A stretch of 61,355 nt of DNA, counting the filler. It is 5 parts of 5 records of this genome, joined end to end, with 100 filler letters (N's around TTAATTAATTAA, not from the genome) between each part and the next. Parts side by side here need not be neighbours in the genome. Positions count along the whole stretch, not along the records: positions 31,592 to 45,724 come from SRR31156797_3349; positions 45,825 to 53,675 come from SRR31156797_3367; 3 more parts are not named here. One strand, written 5' to 3'. The stretch's first letter is position 1. Each line of letters begins with the position of its first letter. Both the position numbers and the translations under genes were made by a program. Below are positions 41,508-52,008 of this stretch, in pieces. A model generated the notes under the pieces. That model saw nothing but the letters and a program-made list of their open reading frames with translations. It ran no database searches and was not told where the DNA came from.

Positions 41508-42128
41508 CTACAAATTTTGTCGTTTATCTTTTAAAATATTGAATAGTAATTCTCGGGCTCTAAATAATTGGGCTTTCACTGTTCCCAGGGGGATATCGAG
41601 TTCTTTTGCGATTTCTTCATATGAGTATTCCTTGAAATATCGCAATTCTACTAGCTTCTTATACCTTGGTTTTAGCTCTTTCACAAGTTTCCTCAATGTT
41701 CTTGATTTTTCTTGTGTCATCATGAGTTCGTCAGGTTTAGGACTACTAGATTCCAACTGAATATGTGGTGCCGAATCGTCGTTACCTGTTTGTGAAATAT
41801 CCTCAGCATTAGCCTGGAACGCAAATTCAGATCCTTTGTTTTTTCTGAGAAAATCAATGCAATTATTACTGGCAATTTTAAATAACCAGGTACTAAATGC
41901 ATAGCTTGGGCTATATCGGTCAATATTTTTGAAAGCTTTACCGAATGCCTCAATGGTTAAATCTTCTGCATCTACATTATTATTAACCATTTTGAGCAAC
42001 ATGAAGTAGATAGAATCTCTGTAGCGTTTAAGTAGCTCAGCAAAAGCTAATTCATCACCTTGCTGTGCGCGTTTAACAAGCAATAGATCTTCCTTGGCTT
42101 TGGGCGAAAACTCGTTATTTACTTCCAT
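41508..42128 (-). CDS. ECF-type RNA polymerase sigma factor
   Basis: 'DAEDLT..AF', 'FSTWLFKIA.N', 'YSYEEIA..L..PLGTVK..LFRAR'. Confidence 0.92.
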   Translation of the reverse strand: MEVNNEFSPKAKEDLLLVKRAQQGDELAFAELLKRYRDSIYFMLLKMVNNNVDAEDLTIEAFGKAFKNIDRYSPSYAFSTWLFKIASNNCIDFLRKNKGSEFAFQANAEDISQTGNDDSAPHIQLESSSPKPDELMMTQEKSRTLRKLVKELKPRYKKLVELRYFKEYSYEEIAKELDIPLGTVKAQLFRARELLFNILKDKRQNL

Positions 42129-43255
42129 TGTGATTGTTTCCGTTGCACAAAATTCTTTGTCAAAATAATAAACGGCAAAATACTAATAAAAACTTCGAAA
42201 AACGGTATTAAAAATAAAAAACCTTTTTCATTAAGTTTTTTCATTACAATTTTCCATCCTAACAAATGCCACACTATAAAAGTTCCCACAAAGATATAAA
42301 CAAAAGGTATAAACCCATTTGGTATACTTAGCATAATAATTATACTGGGCCAGGTGAGTAATTTCAATAATCCGTCAAAAGCTAAAAGAAGTTTATATCC
42401 AAAGCGGTAATAATCACCTGCTGTTAAATGTCTTCTTTTTTGCAAAAACCAGTTTTTAAAGCTCTTTTCAGGAATTGAAACTGTATGCGCTTTTGGATCT
42501 AGACAAACAGTTGTATTTTTTCTATTGGCCATTTTATTGATTAGTAAGTCATCGTCACCTGATTTAAGGTGGTAGTGAGACGAAAATCCTTTGGCTTCAT
42601 CATAAATACTTCTTTGCCATGCTAAATTTCTTCCAACTCCCATATATGGCAATCCAATTCTTGCAAGCGATAAATAATTACGTGCAATAAGTGTAGTGTC
42701 AAAGCGAATGAATCTGTTAAGAATAGATTTTTCTTTATCATAAGCTCCATAACCTAATACTATTTTTTTAACTGCTAATCTGGCGGCCATTATTTTTAAC
42801 CAATCTTTACTTGTTGGCAAACAATCTGCATCAGTTAATAGTATATGGTTATGTTTTGCACTTTTTATCCCAATACTAAGGGCTAATTTTTTATTGTGTT
42901 CAAATTTTGGATCTTTTGGAATATGCGTGTATCTGAAATATGGGTATTGCAAATCAAAGTCCATTAAAACCCGATGTGTATCATCTTCGCTGGCATCATT
43001 GACCACAATTACTTCATAGTTCGAATATTTTTGTTCACAAATGGTAGGAAGATGTTTTTTTAGATTTTTAGCCTCATTTCTAGCACAAATGACAATTGAA
43101 ACAGGTATTTCATCATCTTTTAAGTCGAACTTTTTCTCTTTTTTTATCAATGCAAATAATAAAATCAGGTCATAAAGGAATCTTATTGCTAATAGAAATG
43201 ATGCGCAGTAGAAGATGATTTCAGTTATGGGAAGGGTAATAAGTTTTTCCAACAT
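42119..43255 (-). CDS. Glycosyltransferase family 2 membrane protein
   Basis: 'SIVICARNE', 'VNDASED', 'LTDADC', 'GDDDL', 'QKRRH'. Start probably ATG 43255. Confidence 0.88.
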   Translation of the reverse strand: MLEKLITLPITEIIFYCASFLLAIRFLYDLILLFALIKKEKKFDLKDDEIPVSIVICARNEAKNLKKHLPTICEQKYSNYEVIVVNDASEDDTHRVLMDFDLQYPYFRYTHIPKDPKFEHNKKLALSIGIKSAKHNHILLTDADCLPTSKDWLKIMAARLAVKKIVLGYGAYDKEKSILNRFIRFDTTLIARNYLSLARIGLPYMGVGRNLAWQRSIYDEAKGFSSHYHLKSGDDDLLINKMANRKNTTVCLDPKAHTVSIPEKSFKNWFLQKRRHLTAGDYYRFGYKLLLAFDGLLKLLTWPSIIIMLSIPNGFIPFVYIFVGTFIVWHLLGWKIVMKKLNEKGFLFLIPFFEVFISILPFIILTKNFVQRKQSQWK

Positions 43256-43440
43256 TTTAGTTCGCAGATTTGTGGCAAAATAAAAAACAAATAAGCGATT
43301 AACCAATATTTTTTTGTTAAAACTATCAATAAAAGGAATGAAGGATAATTGAACTTCGGTAATTTTTGGGATTAATCTATCATCACATTATATATTTGAT
43401 ATTATTTTGGTTATTTTTGTCGTCCCTTAAAAATTTTAAC

Positions 43441-44574
43441 ATGCTGACCTTTAATTTAATTTCAACAGATATCAATGGTAAGGCTCGTGCCGGAGTAATT
43501 AGAACAGACAGAGGAGAAATTGAGACACCTATTTTCATGCCTGTTGGAACAGTTGGAACAGTTAAGGGAGTTTTAAGCAGAGAACTTAATGAAGATATTA
43601 AGGCTCAAATAATTTTAGGGAATACCTATCATTTGTTTTTACGTCCCGGTACTGAAATTATACGCCAGGCCAATGGATTGCATAAGTTTATGCATTGGGA
43701 TAAACCAATTTTAACAGATAGTGGTGGTTTTCAGGTTTTTTCTTTAGCTGATAACCGAAAGCTAAGTGAAGAAGGAGTTACATTTCGCTCACATATTGAT
43801 GGAGGAAAGCACTTTTTTACACCTGAGAATGTTGTTGATACCCAGAGAATTATTGGCTCTGATATCATGATGGCGTTGGATGAATGCCCTCCGGGTGATG
43901 CAGATTATCAATACGCGCATAAATCATTGCAACTAACTCAAAATTGGCTTAAGAGAGGTAATGAGCATTTTAAAAAAACAGAACCGCTTTACGGAAAACA
44001 TCAAGCTTGGTTTCCAATTGTTCAGGGTGCAGGATACCCAGACTTACGCCGCGATGCTGCTAAGTTTGTAACTGATTTGGATGCTGAAGGAAATGCCATT
44101 GGAGGGCTATCAGTAGGAGAGCCAACAGATGTGATGTATGAGATGATTGAAGTAACAAATGAAGTACTACCATTAGAAAAACCACGTTATTTGATGGGTG
44201 TGGGAACACCTGCGAATATTTTGGAGGCTATTGATCGTGGGGTGGATATGTTTGATTGTGTAATGCCCACAAGAAACGGAAGAAATGGTATGTTGTTTAC
44301 TTCAAATGGAATAATAAATATTAAAAATAAAAAATGGGAGAACGATTTTAGTCCTATTGACGCAAATGGTGTTTCATGGGTTGATAATTATTATTCAAAA
44401 GGATATTTAAGACATTTGTTTGTTGCTCGAGAATTGTTAGGACCGCAAATTGCAAGTATTCACAACTTAGCATTCTATTTGTGGTTAGTAAAAGAAGCAC
44501 GCCAGCAAATAGTCGCCGGAACATTCTCTTCATGGAAAAAAGAGATGGTTGAAAAGGTAGCGCAGCGAATTTGA
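43441..44574 (+). CDS. tgt: tRNA guanosine(34) transglycosylase
   Basis: 'TPIFMPVGT', 'GNTYHL', 'LTDSGGFQVFSL', 'DCVMPTRNGRNG'. Start at ATG 43441. Confidence 0.96.
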   Translation: MLTFNLISTDINGKARAGVIRTDRGEIETPIFMPVGTVGTVKGVLSRELNEDIKAQIILGNTYHLFLRPGTEIIRQANGLHKFMHWDKPILTDSGGFQVFSLADNRKLSEEGVTFRSHIDGGKHFFTPENVVDTQRIIGSDIMMALDECPPGDADYQYAHKSLQLTQNWLKRGNEHFKKTEPLYGKHQAWFPIVQGAGYPDLRRDAAKFVTDLDAEGNAIGGLSVGEPTDVMYEMIEVTNEVLPLEKPRYLMGVGTPANILEAIDRGVDMFDCVMPTRNGRNGMLFTSNGIINIKNKKWENDFSPIDANGVSWVDNYYSKGYLRHLFVARELLGPQIASIHNLAFYLWLVKEARQQIVAGTFSSWKKEMVEKVAQRI

Positions 44575-44581
44575 TTTTGTT

Positions 44582-45661
44582 ATGATAAAAAGATTAGATC
44601 GATATATAATTAAGAAGTTCCTTGGAACATTTTTCTATTCCATAGGACTTATTATTCTTATCGTTATCATATTTGATATTTCTGAAAAGATTGACAATTT
44701 CATTGAAAATGAAGCTCCGTTAAATGAAATCATCTTAGATTATTACTTAAATTTCATCCCCTATTTCGTAAATATGTTTAGTTCGCTGTTCACTTTTATT
44801 GCGGTGATTTTTTTCACCTCAAGAATGGCCGCGCATACCGAAATTGTAGCAATTCTTTCCAGTGGAGTTAGTTATGCCCGAATGACAAGGCCTTACCTGA
44901 TTAGCGCCTTTATTTTAACATTACTGTCTTTCATTTTGATGAACTGGGTTATACCTCCGGCCAATCAGGAAAGGTTAGAGTTTGAAGAAAAGTACATTGA
45001 TTCGCGATATGTAAATCGCAATAGAGATATTCACAGGCAGATAGAGCCAAATATGATTGTGTATTTTTCATCCTATAATACAAGACATGATATTGGCCAT
45101 AAGTTTTCTATTGAAAAATATGAAAATGGGCAGTTGAAAGAAAAGCTCATGAGTGACTATATCAAATGGGATACTGCGATTAACAAATGGAAAATTGTTA
45201 ATTACAGGATAAGAAAAATAGATTCATTAGGAGAAACCCTTTCACGAGGTACTTCTATTGATACTACTTTGAATTTGAATCCTAAAGATTTTAAGCAACG
45301 CGTGAAAACTGTTCAGGGTATGAATATTCACGAGTTAAATCAGTTTATTGCGCAGCAAAAGATGTTAGGAGCAGGAGAGATTAAATCTTATGAGATTGAA
45401 AGACATAAACGGTTTGCTTTGCCATTTGCAACTTTTATTCTAGCTGTAATTGGCATGTCACTCTCCAGCAGGAAAACCCGTGGTGGTATTGGTTTGAATA
45501 TTGGTTTGGGGATATTACTTACGTTTACTTATATTATGATGCAGCAGGTTACTACAGTATTTGCTACAAATGCTAACCTTGATGCCGGTTTATCGGTTTG
45601 GATCCCGAATTTCATTTATGCAATTATTGCATTTTTACTTTTCCGTAGAGCAGCTAAATAA
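44582..45661 (+). CDS. LptF/LptG family LPS export permease
   Basis: 'LDRYII', 'EIVAILSSGVS', 'WIPN'. Follows tgt, as in many Bacteroidota. Confidence 0.88.
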   Translation: MIKRLDRYIIKKFLGTFFYSIGLIILIVIIFDISEKIDNFIENEAPLNEIILDYYLNFIPYFVNMFSSLFTFIAVIFFTSRMAAHTEIVAILSSGVSYARMTRPYLISAFILTLLSFILMNWVIPPANQERLEFEEKYIDSRYVNRNRDIHRQIEPNMIVYFSSYNTRHDIGHKFSIEKYENGQLKEKLMSDYIKWDTAINKWKIVNYRIRKIDSLGETLSRGTSIDTTLNLNPKDFKQRVKTVQGMNIHELNQFIAQQKMLGAGEIKSYEIERHKRFALPFATFILAVIGMSLSSRKTRGGIGLNIGLGILLTFTYIMMQQVTTVFATNANLDAGLSVWIPNFIYAIIAFLLFRRAAK

Positions 45662-45724
45662 GTTTATAAGACCTTTATTTCAATACTGTAAACTTGAAAT
45701 GCCGAAAAATAAAAAATCTATGAT

Positions 45725-45824
45725 NNNNNNNNNNNNNNNNNNNNNNNNNNNNNNNNNNNNNNNNNNNNTTAATTAATTAANNNNNNNNNNNNNNNNNNNN
45801 NNNNNNNNNNNNNNNNNNNNNNNN
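45725..45824. other. Artificial contig spacer
   Basis: N44-TTAATTAATTAA-N44. Confidence 0.98.
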
Positions 45825-45854
45825 TCCAAGATCTATTATCCAAGATCCAAGATC
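45825..45854. repeat. Short imperfect heptamer tandem repeat (TCCAAGA)n at the contig edge
   Basis: tccaaga tctatta tccaaga tccaaga tc. Confidence 0.6.
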
Positions 45855-45857
45855 AAT

Positions 45858-46322
45858 TCACAACTCAAAATTATGTTTCACCTTCGTGCCATACATTACA
45901 AAAGAGCTATAGAACTGTGTAATGTTGCTAATGGTAGAGAATTTGTTTGTAATGAAATTGTGAAAATCATCCATGTCTTCACAAAAGACTTTTAATAAAT
46001 AATCCGAACTGCCAGAAATATAGTAGCATTCCATTACTTCATTGAGTTTGTGGATTTCAGATTCAAAGGCATCGATAGCACTTTTTGTATGATCCCTCAA
46101 TGAGACAGAGATGTATACCATCAGGTTTTTCCCAAATTTTTTGGGATTTAGCAGTGTAATGTAGTCTTTAATATAACCACCTTTTTCAAGTTTTTTGATA
46201 CGCTCATGAATAGGTGTTGTGCTTAAATGAAGTTTTTCCGACAACTCTCTAATGGTTATGCGGCTGTTGGCTTGCAACTCATTGAGGAGTTTCATGTCTA
46301 TTTCGTCCAGTGGTTTTGCCAT
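45858..46322 (-). CDS. Lrp/AsnC family transcriptional regulator
   Basis: 'LDEIDMKLL..LQ.NSR', 'LSTTP..ERIKKLE..GYI', 'ECY.ISG..DYLLKV'. Confidence 0.93.
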   Translation of the reverse strand: MAKPLDEIDMKLLNELQANSRITIRELSEKLHLSTTPIHERIKKLEKGGYIKDYITLLNPKKFGKNLMVYISVSLRDHTKSAIDAFESEIHKLNEVMECYYISGSSDYLLKVFCEDMDDFHNFITNKFSTISNITQFYSSFVMYGTKVKHNFEL

Positions 46323-46481
46323 GGTTTCTTTTCCTTAAATGGTAATTTATATTTTGATCTAATATAAAATTTTTCCAATTAATATGCAAATTGATTTTGA
46401 TTTTCCTGACTTTTATTCGACGCGTGGAATTATCGTATATGTTTAGTATCTTGCAGAGCAAAATAATCTAAATAGAAGTAA

Positions 46482-47963
46482 ATGATTCAATTAATAGATA
46501 AAATAACAAACGAGAAGGCATTGCAGAATGCTGTGGATCGCTTTAAAGAGCGCAATATTATATTACCAACTTTTGAGCAGCAACGGAACCCGGAATTGAT
46601 TCCAGAAAAAATCAAAAACCAACTAAAAGATGTGGGACTATGGGAAATTAATCCACTAAATCTTTTTAGAATTACCTGGAAAAATGAACCAAAGGACAAA
46701 GGAGGATTATTTGGTGATGTTAACTACATTGAGTTACCTTCTGAAATAACTGGTGTAAAAGCTAAAATTGTATTGCTTTTAGGTAAATATTTTCCAACTG
46801 GAGCACACAAGGTAGGTGCTGCTTATGGTTGTTTGGCTCCTCGCATTACTACTGGGGAATACGATCCAACTTATCACAAAGCAGTTTGGCCTTCAACAGG
46901 TAACTATTGTCGTGGTGGTGCTTTCGACTCTAAATTAATGGGCACCGAATCTGTAGCGATTCTTCCTGAAGAGATGAGTAAAGAACGTTTTACATGGCTG
47001 CGTGATGAGATCGGTTCAGAAGTAATTGCAACTCCTGGTTGTGAGTCAAATGTAAAAGAGATTTATGATAAGTGCTGGGAAATTAGACGTACGCGTGAAG
47101 ATTGTATCATTTTTAATCAGTTTGACGAGTTTGGAAATGCAGTATGGCACTACCATACAACAGGAAATGCCATTGAAGAGGTCTATAATAAAGTAAAACC
47201 TAAAAATGGAAACCTTGCAGCATATATTTCTGCAACTGGTTCCGCAGGAACAATTGCTGCCGGAGATTATTTGCGCACGATAGCTCCTCATATTAAAGTT
47301 GTTGCTTCAGAAGCATTGCAATGTCCAACAATTTTACGAAATGGTTTTGGTGGTCACCGAATTGAAGGTATTGGTGATAAACACATTCCATGGATTCATA
47401 ATGTGAAAAATACCGATGTTGTTACGGCTATTGATGATGAAGATTGCATGCGCATTTTACGTCTTTTCAATGAAAAAGAAGGACACGATTACTTAAGAGC
47501 TCAAGGTGTAGATGAAGATATCATTAAAGATTTACATTTAATTGGTATTTCAGGAATTGGAAACTTACTTTCAGCTATTAAAACGGCTAAGTATTATGAA
47601 ATGACTGAGGATGATGTAGTAATTTCAATTGCTACTGACTCAGCTGATATGTATCAATCCAGAATTGATGAGTTAAATAGTGAAAGAGGTGAATATAAAG
47701 AGATACAGGCTGCGCGCGACTTTGAAAAATGTCTTTTAGGTTCTACTATTGATCACATGAAAGAATTTGGTTATTATGACCGTAAAAACGTACATAATTT
47801 GAAATACTTTACATGGATTGAACAACAAGCTAAGGAGCTGGAAGATTTAAATCAGTTGTGGGATGATCGTCATGTTTGGAATAATATTTTTAACCAGGTT
47901 CATCGCTGGGATGAGTTGATAAATGAGTTTAATGACCGAACAGGCCTTTTGAAGAAATTATAA
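46482..47963 (+). CDS. PLP-dependent enzyme, fold type II (Trp-synthase-beta/cysteine-synthase-like), substrate unknown
   Basis: 'FPTGAHKVGAA' PLP-lysine motif, 'PSTGNY', 'TGSAGT', 'HRIEGIG'. Confidence 0.8.
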   Translation: MIQLIDKITNEKALQNAVDRFKERNIILPTFEQQRNPELIPEKIKNQLKDVGLWEINPLNLFRITWKNEPKDKGGLFGDVNYIELPSEITGVKAKIVLLLGKYFPTGAHKVGAAYGCLAPRITTGEYDPTYHKAVWPSTGNYCRGGAFDSKLMGTESVAILPEEMSKERFTWLRDEIGSEVIATPGCESNVKEIYDKCWEIRRTREDCIIFNQFDEFGNAVWHYHTTGNAIEEVYNKVKPKNGNLAAYISATGSAGTIAAGDYLRTIAPHIKVVASEALQCPTILRNGFGGHRIEGIGDKHIPWIHNVKNTDVVTAIDDEDCMRILRLFNEKEGHDYLRAQGVDEDIIKDLHLIGISGIGNLLSAIKTAKYYEMTEDDVVISIATDSADMYQSRIDELNSERGEYKEIQAARDFEKCLLGSTIDHMKEFGYYDRKNVHNLKYFTWIEQQAKELEDLNQLWDDRHVWNNIFNQVHRWDELINEFNDRTGLLKKL

Positions 47964-48132
47964 AAATTGATGGTGATGTCAGTCATTTGATTTATTGTTT
48001 TGGTGTATGTTTTTAATAAAAACGAAATGCTTTTCTCAATTATAGTGAGGTATATGTGGATTTAGGTTCATCAGATGGAAAGCAAGAATTAATCAAGATT
48101 GGCTATTAAAGCGACCATTTAATAGATTGACG

Positions 48133-48180
48133 AAAAGTTGCCTTGTTCATATTTATGACAAGTGCAACTTTTTATTTTTT
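48133..48180 (+). terminator. Rho-independent terminator between the two PLP-enzyme genes
   Basis: AAAAGTTGC..TCAT-attt-ATGA..GCAACTTTT followed by a T-rich tail. Confidence 0.75.
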
Positions 48181-48210
48181 GCATAAAAGATTTAAATTGC
48201 ATTAAAGCAT

Positions 48211-49440
48211 ATGACTACGAAATTTAATTATAGCTGTATTGATTGTGGCGCCGAATATAAAGCGGATGCAGTACGTTATGTTTGCCCAATATGTAGCTCA
48301 AAAGACGAAAAAGGTCAACCACCAAAAGGTGTATTGAAAGTCGAATATAATTATGATAAAGTCAAAGAAATTGGCTTTAGCCAATTCGAGAAAAATGAGT
48401 TTGTTGATTTATTACCGTTAAATAGTATTCAAAGCTTACCTAACTTAAGGGTTGGAAAAACTCCACTATATGAAATAAATGAGTTGGATGGATCTAATCT
48501 GGGATTTTCATTATTATTAAAGGACGATTCCCAAAATCCTACTTTTTCATATAAAGATAGAGCCTCAGCTGTTGTCTCTGCATATGCTAAAGAAAATGGT
48601 ATTGAAACCATTGTAACGGCATCAACCGGAAATGCGGGTTCTTCATTGGCTGGAATATGTGCAGCACAAAAACAGAAAGCTATCATTATGGTACCTGCTG
48701 CAGCTCCAATAGCCAAGCTGACACAGATAGTTATGTATGGAGCAACTTTAATTCCAGTTGACGGAACCTATGATGATGCTTTTGATTTATCTGTAAAAGC
48801 TACAGAGGAATTAGGTTGGTATAATAGAAATACCGGTTTTAATCCATTAACTATTGAGGGGAAAAAGACTTCCGCATTTGAGCTTTTCAGTCAAATGAAT
48901 GGGGAAATTCCAGATCGCATTTTTGTTCCGGTAGGTGATGGAGTAATTATTTCAGGAATATATAAAGGATATGAAGATTTATATAAATTAGGCTGGATAG
49001 AGAAAATGCCTGTTATTGTTGCTGTTCAATCAGAAGGGAGTGACAATATAGCGCGTAACATTCAAGCTGGTTCCTTTACAGTTAAACCAAGTAATACAAT
49101 TGCAGATTCAATTTCAGTGGATATTCCACGCAACTTTAATATGGCTAAGCAATTTATCGAAAAATATAATGGCGAAACCATTATTGTTTCTGATATGGAG
49201 ATTATGAAAGCATCTAAAATTTTGTCAGAAAATACAGGTGTATTTGCTGAACCGGCAGCTGCCACTGCATTTGCTGGTATGTTAAAATATAGAGAATTGA
49301 GTAAATTAGAGGCTAATTCGAATAATGTGATTATGCTTACCGGAAGTGGGTTAAAAGATTTGAAATCAGTTCAGCCACTAATAAATATACCTGAACCCAT
49401 TTCCCCCACTATTGAAAATTTGAAAAAATTGACATCATGA
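48211..49440 (+). CDS. Threonine-synthase-like PLP enzyme with N-terminal Zn ribbon
   Basis: Two CxxC motifs, 'NPTFSYKDRAS', 'ASTGNAG', 'VPVGDG', 'TGSGLKD'. Confidence 0.85.
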   Translation: MTTKFNYSCIDCGAEYKADAVRYVCPICSSKDEKGQPPKGVLKVEYNYDKVKEIGFSQFEKNEFVDLLPLNSIQSLPNLRVGKTPLYEINELDGSNLGFSLLLKDDSQNPTFSYKDRASAVVSAYAKENGIETIVTASTGNAGSSLAGICAAQKQKAIIMVPAAAPIAKLTQIVMYGATLIPVDGTYDDAFDLSVKATEELGWYNRNTGFNPLTIEGKKTSAFELFSQMNGEIPDRIFVPVGDGVIISGIYKGYEDLYKLGWIEKMPVIVAVQSEGSDNIARNIQAGSFTVKPSNTIADSISVDIPRNFNMAKQFIEKYNGETIIVSDMEIMKASKILSENTGVFAEPAAATAFAGMLKYRELSKLEANSNNVIMLTGSGLKDLKSVQPLINIPEPISPTIENLKKLTS

Positions 49441-51989
49441 TAAAATATATCCTCAACGGACAACCGCAAGAATTTAATGGTGACAAGGAATTATCACTAT
49501 TAAATCATTTACGAAACGATCTAAATATTATAACTGCCAAAGATGGATGCTCCGGCGAGGGTACATGTGGAGCATGCACAGTTGAAATTGACGGTAAAGC
49601 TAGTCTTGCCTGTAAAACCAAAATGGGATCATTAGAGGGTGCTTCTGTAAATACCATTGAGGGATTACCAAAAGATTTTACAAAAGTTATCAGTAAATCA
49701 TTTGCTGAGCGAGGAGCAGTACAATGTGGATTTTGTTCACCCGGAATGATCATGCGCTCTAAAGCACTATTTAATAAAAATCAGAATCCAACACGTGATG
49801 AAATCTTTAAAGCAATTTCCCCTAATATTTGTCGCTGTACCGGTTATGTGAAAATTGTAGATGCCATTGAGGAGACTTTCACAATCATGCGTGGCGATGA
49901 ACCGAAAGTGTATGAAAAGTCTGCCACAATTGGTGGTCGTTACCCAAAGTATCAGGCAGAAGAGACCGCTTTGGGTTATCGTGAATTTGTGGATGATATT
50001 CGCATTGAAGGAATGTATCATGGAGCGTTAAAATTTAGTGATTATCCGAGGGCTAGAGTTTTAAAAATAGATTCGTCAAAAGCTCAGGCGTTAAAAGGCG
50101 TAAAACGCATATTTACCGGAGATGATATTCCTGGTGAACAGTTTCAGGGATTGATTTTTCAGGACTGGCCAATGATGATAAAGGTAGGGCAAATTACGCG
50201 TTATATTGGCGATGTGATAGCAAGTGTTGTGGCTGAAACCGAGGAAGTTGCTCGCGAGGCTGCTAAGCTTATTGAAATTGAGTATGAAGTACTTGAAGCT
50301 GTTACTGATATGCATGAAGCTATTAAACCAAATAGTGCGCAAGTACATGAAGGTCGGTCTAATGTGTTGGAAACAGTAGCCATTAATTTTGGGGATGTAG
50401 ATAAAGCTTTTGAGAAAGCAGCATACACTGCTGGAGATGTTTTCGAAACACAGCGTATTGAACATGCGTTTTTGGAGACGGAAGCTGCCGTAGCATTGCC
50501 GGCAGGAGATGGTGTAAAGATATTTACACAGGGGCAAGGCGCTTATGTAGATCGTAAGCTAATTGCTAAAGTGCTTGGGTTAGATGAAGAAAAAGTAATT
50601 GCTGTACAAGTGCAGAATGGTGGCGGATTTGGAGGGAAAGAGGATATGACTGTCCAAGGTCATGTTTCTATGTTTGCTTATTTGATGAAGCATCCTGTGA
50701 AATTGAAGCTTTCACGTGCGGAGTCTCTTAGAATGCATCCAAAACGCCATCCAGTTTGGATGGACATTAAATTAGCTTGTGATAAAGATGGAAACTTTAC
50801 TGCCGTAAGACTTGATTCAGTTGGAGATACAGGTGCGTATGCTTCTGTGGGAACCAAAGTAATGGAGCGAGTTGTGGGTCATGCTACTGGTGGTTATGCA
50901 GTCCCTTCGGTTGATATTAAGGCTGTTACAACCTATACTAATAATATTCCTTGTGGAGCCATGCGTGGATTTGGTGTTCCTCAAGTCATTTTTGCATTAG
51001 AAACCTTAATTGATGATATCTGTCGCCAGGGAGGTTTTGACCGTTGGGAGATTCGTTACAAGAATGCATTGGAAGATGGAGCTAAAACTGCTACCGGACA
51101 AAAGTTATTTGGTGTAGGTTTGAAGAAAACGATGCTTGCTGTAAAAGATGTATTTCAAAATGCTAAGTATGCTGGTATAGCTACCGGAATAAAAAATACC
51201 GGTGTGGGAAACGGAATGATTGACGATAGTGAAGTTAAAATTGAGATAAAAGCTGCTGATAAAGTAGTTGTGCATCATGGCTGGACAGAAATGGGTCAGG
51301 GAGTACACACTATGGCAGTACAAACGCTGCATAGTGAAACAGGAATTAATCCTGAAATTATTGAAGTTAAGGTTGAAACAGATGCTGGAATTCCTACGGG
51401 TATGACTACCTCTTCGAGAGCAACAGCCCTCGTAGCTAATGCTATAATTGATGCAGCTAAACATATTAAAGCAGACCTTGATCAAGAAGGTTTATCAAAA
51501 CTTGTGGGTAGAACCTACAAAGGAAAGTATGTATGCGATTTTACTGTGGCTCCAGGTGCGGATGTGGAAGATCCTAAAATTCATTTTGCCTATGGTTATG
51601 CAACACAGGTTGTCATATTAAATGATGAAGGTAAAATAGAAAAAGTTGTTGCCGCCCATGATGCTGGTAGAATTATGAACCAAACGCTTTTCGAAGGCCA
51701 AATTGAAGGTGCGGTACATATGGGGATTGGCTATGCATTAACGGAAGATTTTCCAATGGAGAATGGATTTCCAATAAGCTATAAATACAATGATTTGGGA
51801 GTAATGCGTGCTAAAGATATGCCAGAAGTAGAGGTGATTGGAATTGAAGAAAAAGACCCTTATGGTCCATACGGAGCCAAAGGAATTGGAGAGATAGGCC
51901 TTTGCCCAACTGCCGGAGCTGTTGCCAATGCTTTATATACATTTGACGGTATTCGTCGAACTAAAATTCCAATGCAACGTAAAAAATAA
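49437..51989 (+). CDS. xdh: Xanthine dehydrogenase-family molybdenum hydroxylase (fused 2Fe-2S and Mo domains; selenium-dependent type)
   Basis: 'KDGCSGEGTCGAC', 'QCGFCSPG', 'CRCTGY', 'GGGFGGKE', 'GAMRGFG', 'GAKGIGE'. No FAD domain. Confidence 0.9.
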   Translation: MIKYILNGQPQEFNGDKELSLLNHLRNDLNIITAKDGCSGEGTCGACTVEIDGKASLACKTKMGSLEGASVNTIEGLPKDFTKVISKSFAERGAVQCGFCSPGMIMRSKALFNKNQNPTRDEIFKAISPNICRCTGYVKIVDAIEETFTIMRGDEPKVYEKSATIGGRYPKYQAEETALGYREFVDDIRIEGMYHGALKFSDYPRARVLKIDSSKAQALKGVKRIFTGDDIPGEQFQGLIFQDWPMMIKVGQITRYIGDVIASVVAETEEVAREAAKLIEIEYEVLEAVTDMHEAIKPNSAQVHEGRSNVLETVAINFGDVDKAFEKAAYTAGDVFETQRIEHAFLETEAAVALPAGDGVKIFTQGQGAYVDRKLIAKVLGLDEEKVIAVQVQNGGGFGGKEDMTVQGHVSMFAYLMKHPVKLKLSRAESLRMHPKRHPVWMDIKLACDKDGNFTAVRLDSVGDTGAYASVGTKVMERVVGHATGGYAVPSVDIKAVTTYTNNIPCGAMRGFGVPQVIFALETLIDDICRQGGFDRWEIRYKNALEDGAKTATGQKLFGVGLKKTMLAVKDVFQNAKYAGIATGIKNTGVGNGMIDDSEVKIEIKAADKVVVHHGWTEMGQGVHTMAVQTLHSETGINPEIIEVKVETDAGIPTGMTTSSRATALVANAIIDAAKHIKADLDQEGLSKLVGRTYKGKYVCDFTVAPGADVEDPKIHFAYGYATQVVILNDEGKIEKVVAAHDAGRIMNQTLFEGQIEGAVHMGIGYALTEDFPMENGFPISYKYNDLGVMRAKDMPEVEVIGIEEKDPYGPYGAKGIGEIGLCPTAGAVANALYTFDGIRRTKIPMQRKK

Positions 51990-52008
51990 ACCAACTAATA
52001 AACCATAT

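Noticed and set aside
45561-45776. 71-aa ORF running into the gap
   Set aside because: It overlaps the LptF/G gene out of frame and is extended by Ns. At most a few codons of a next gene (from about 45699) are real.
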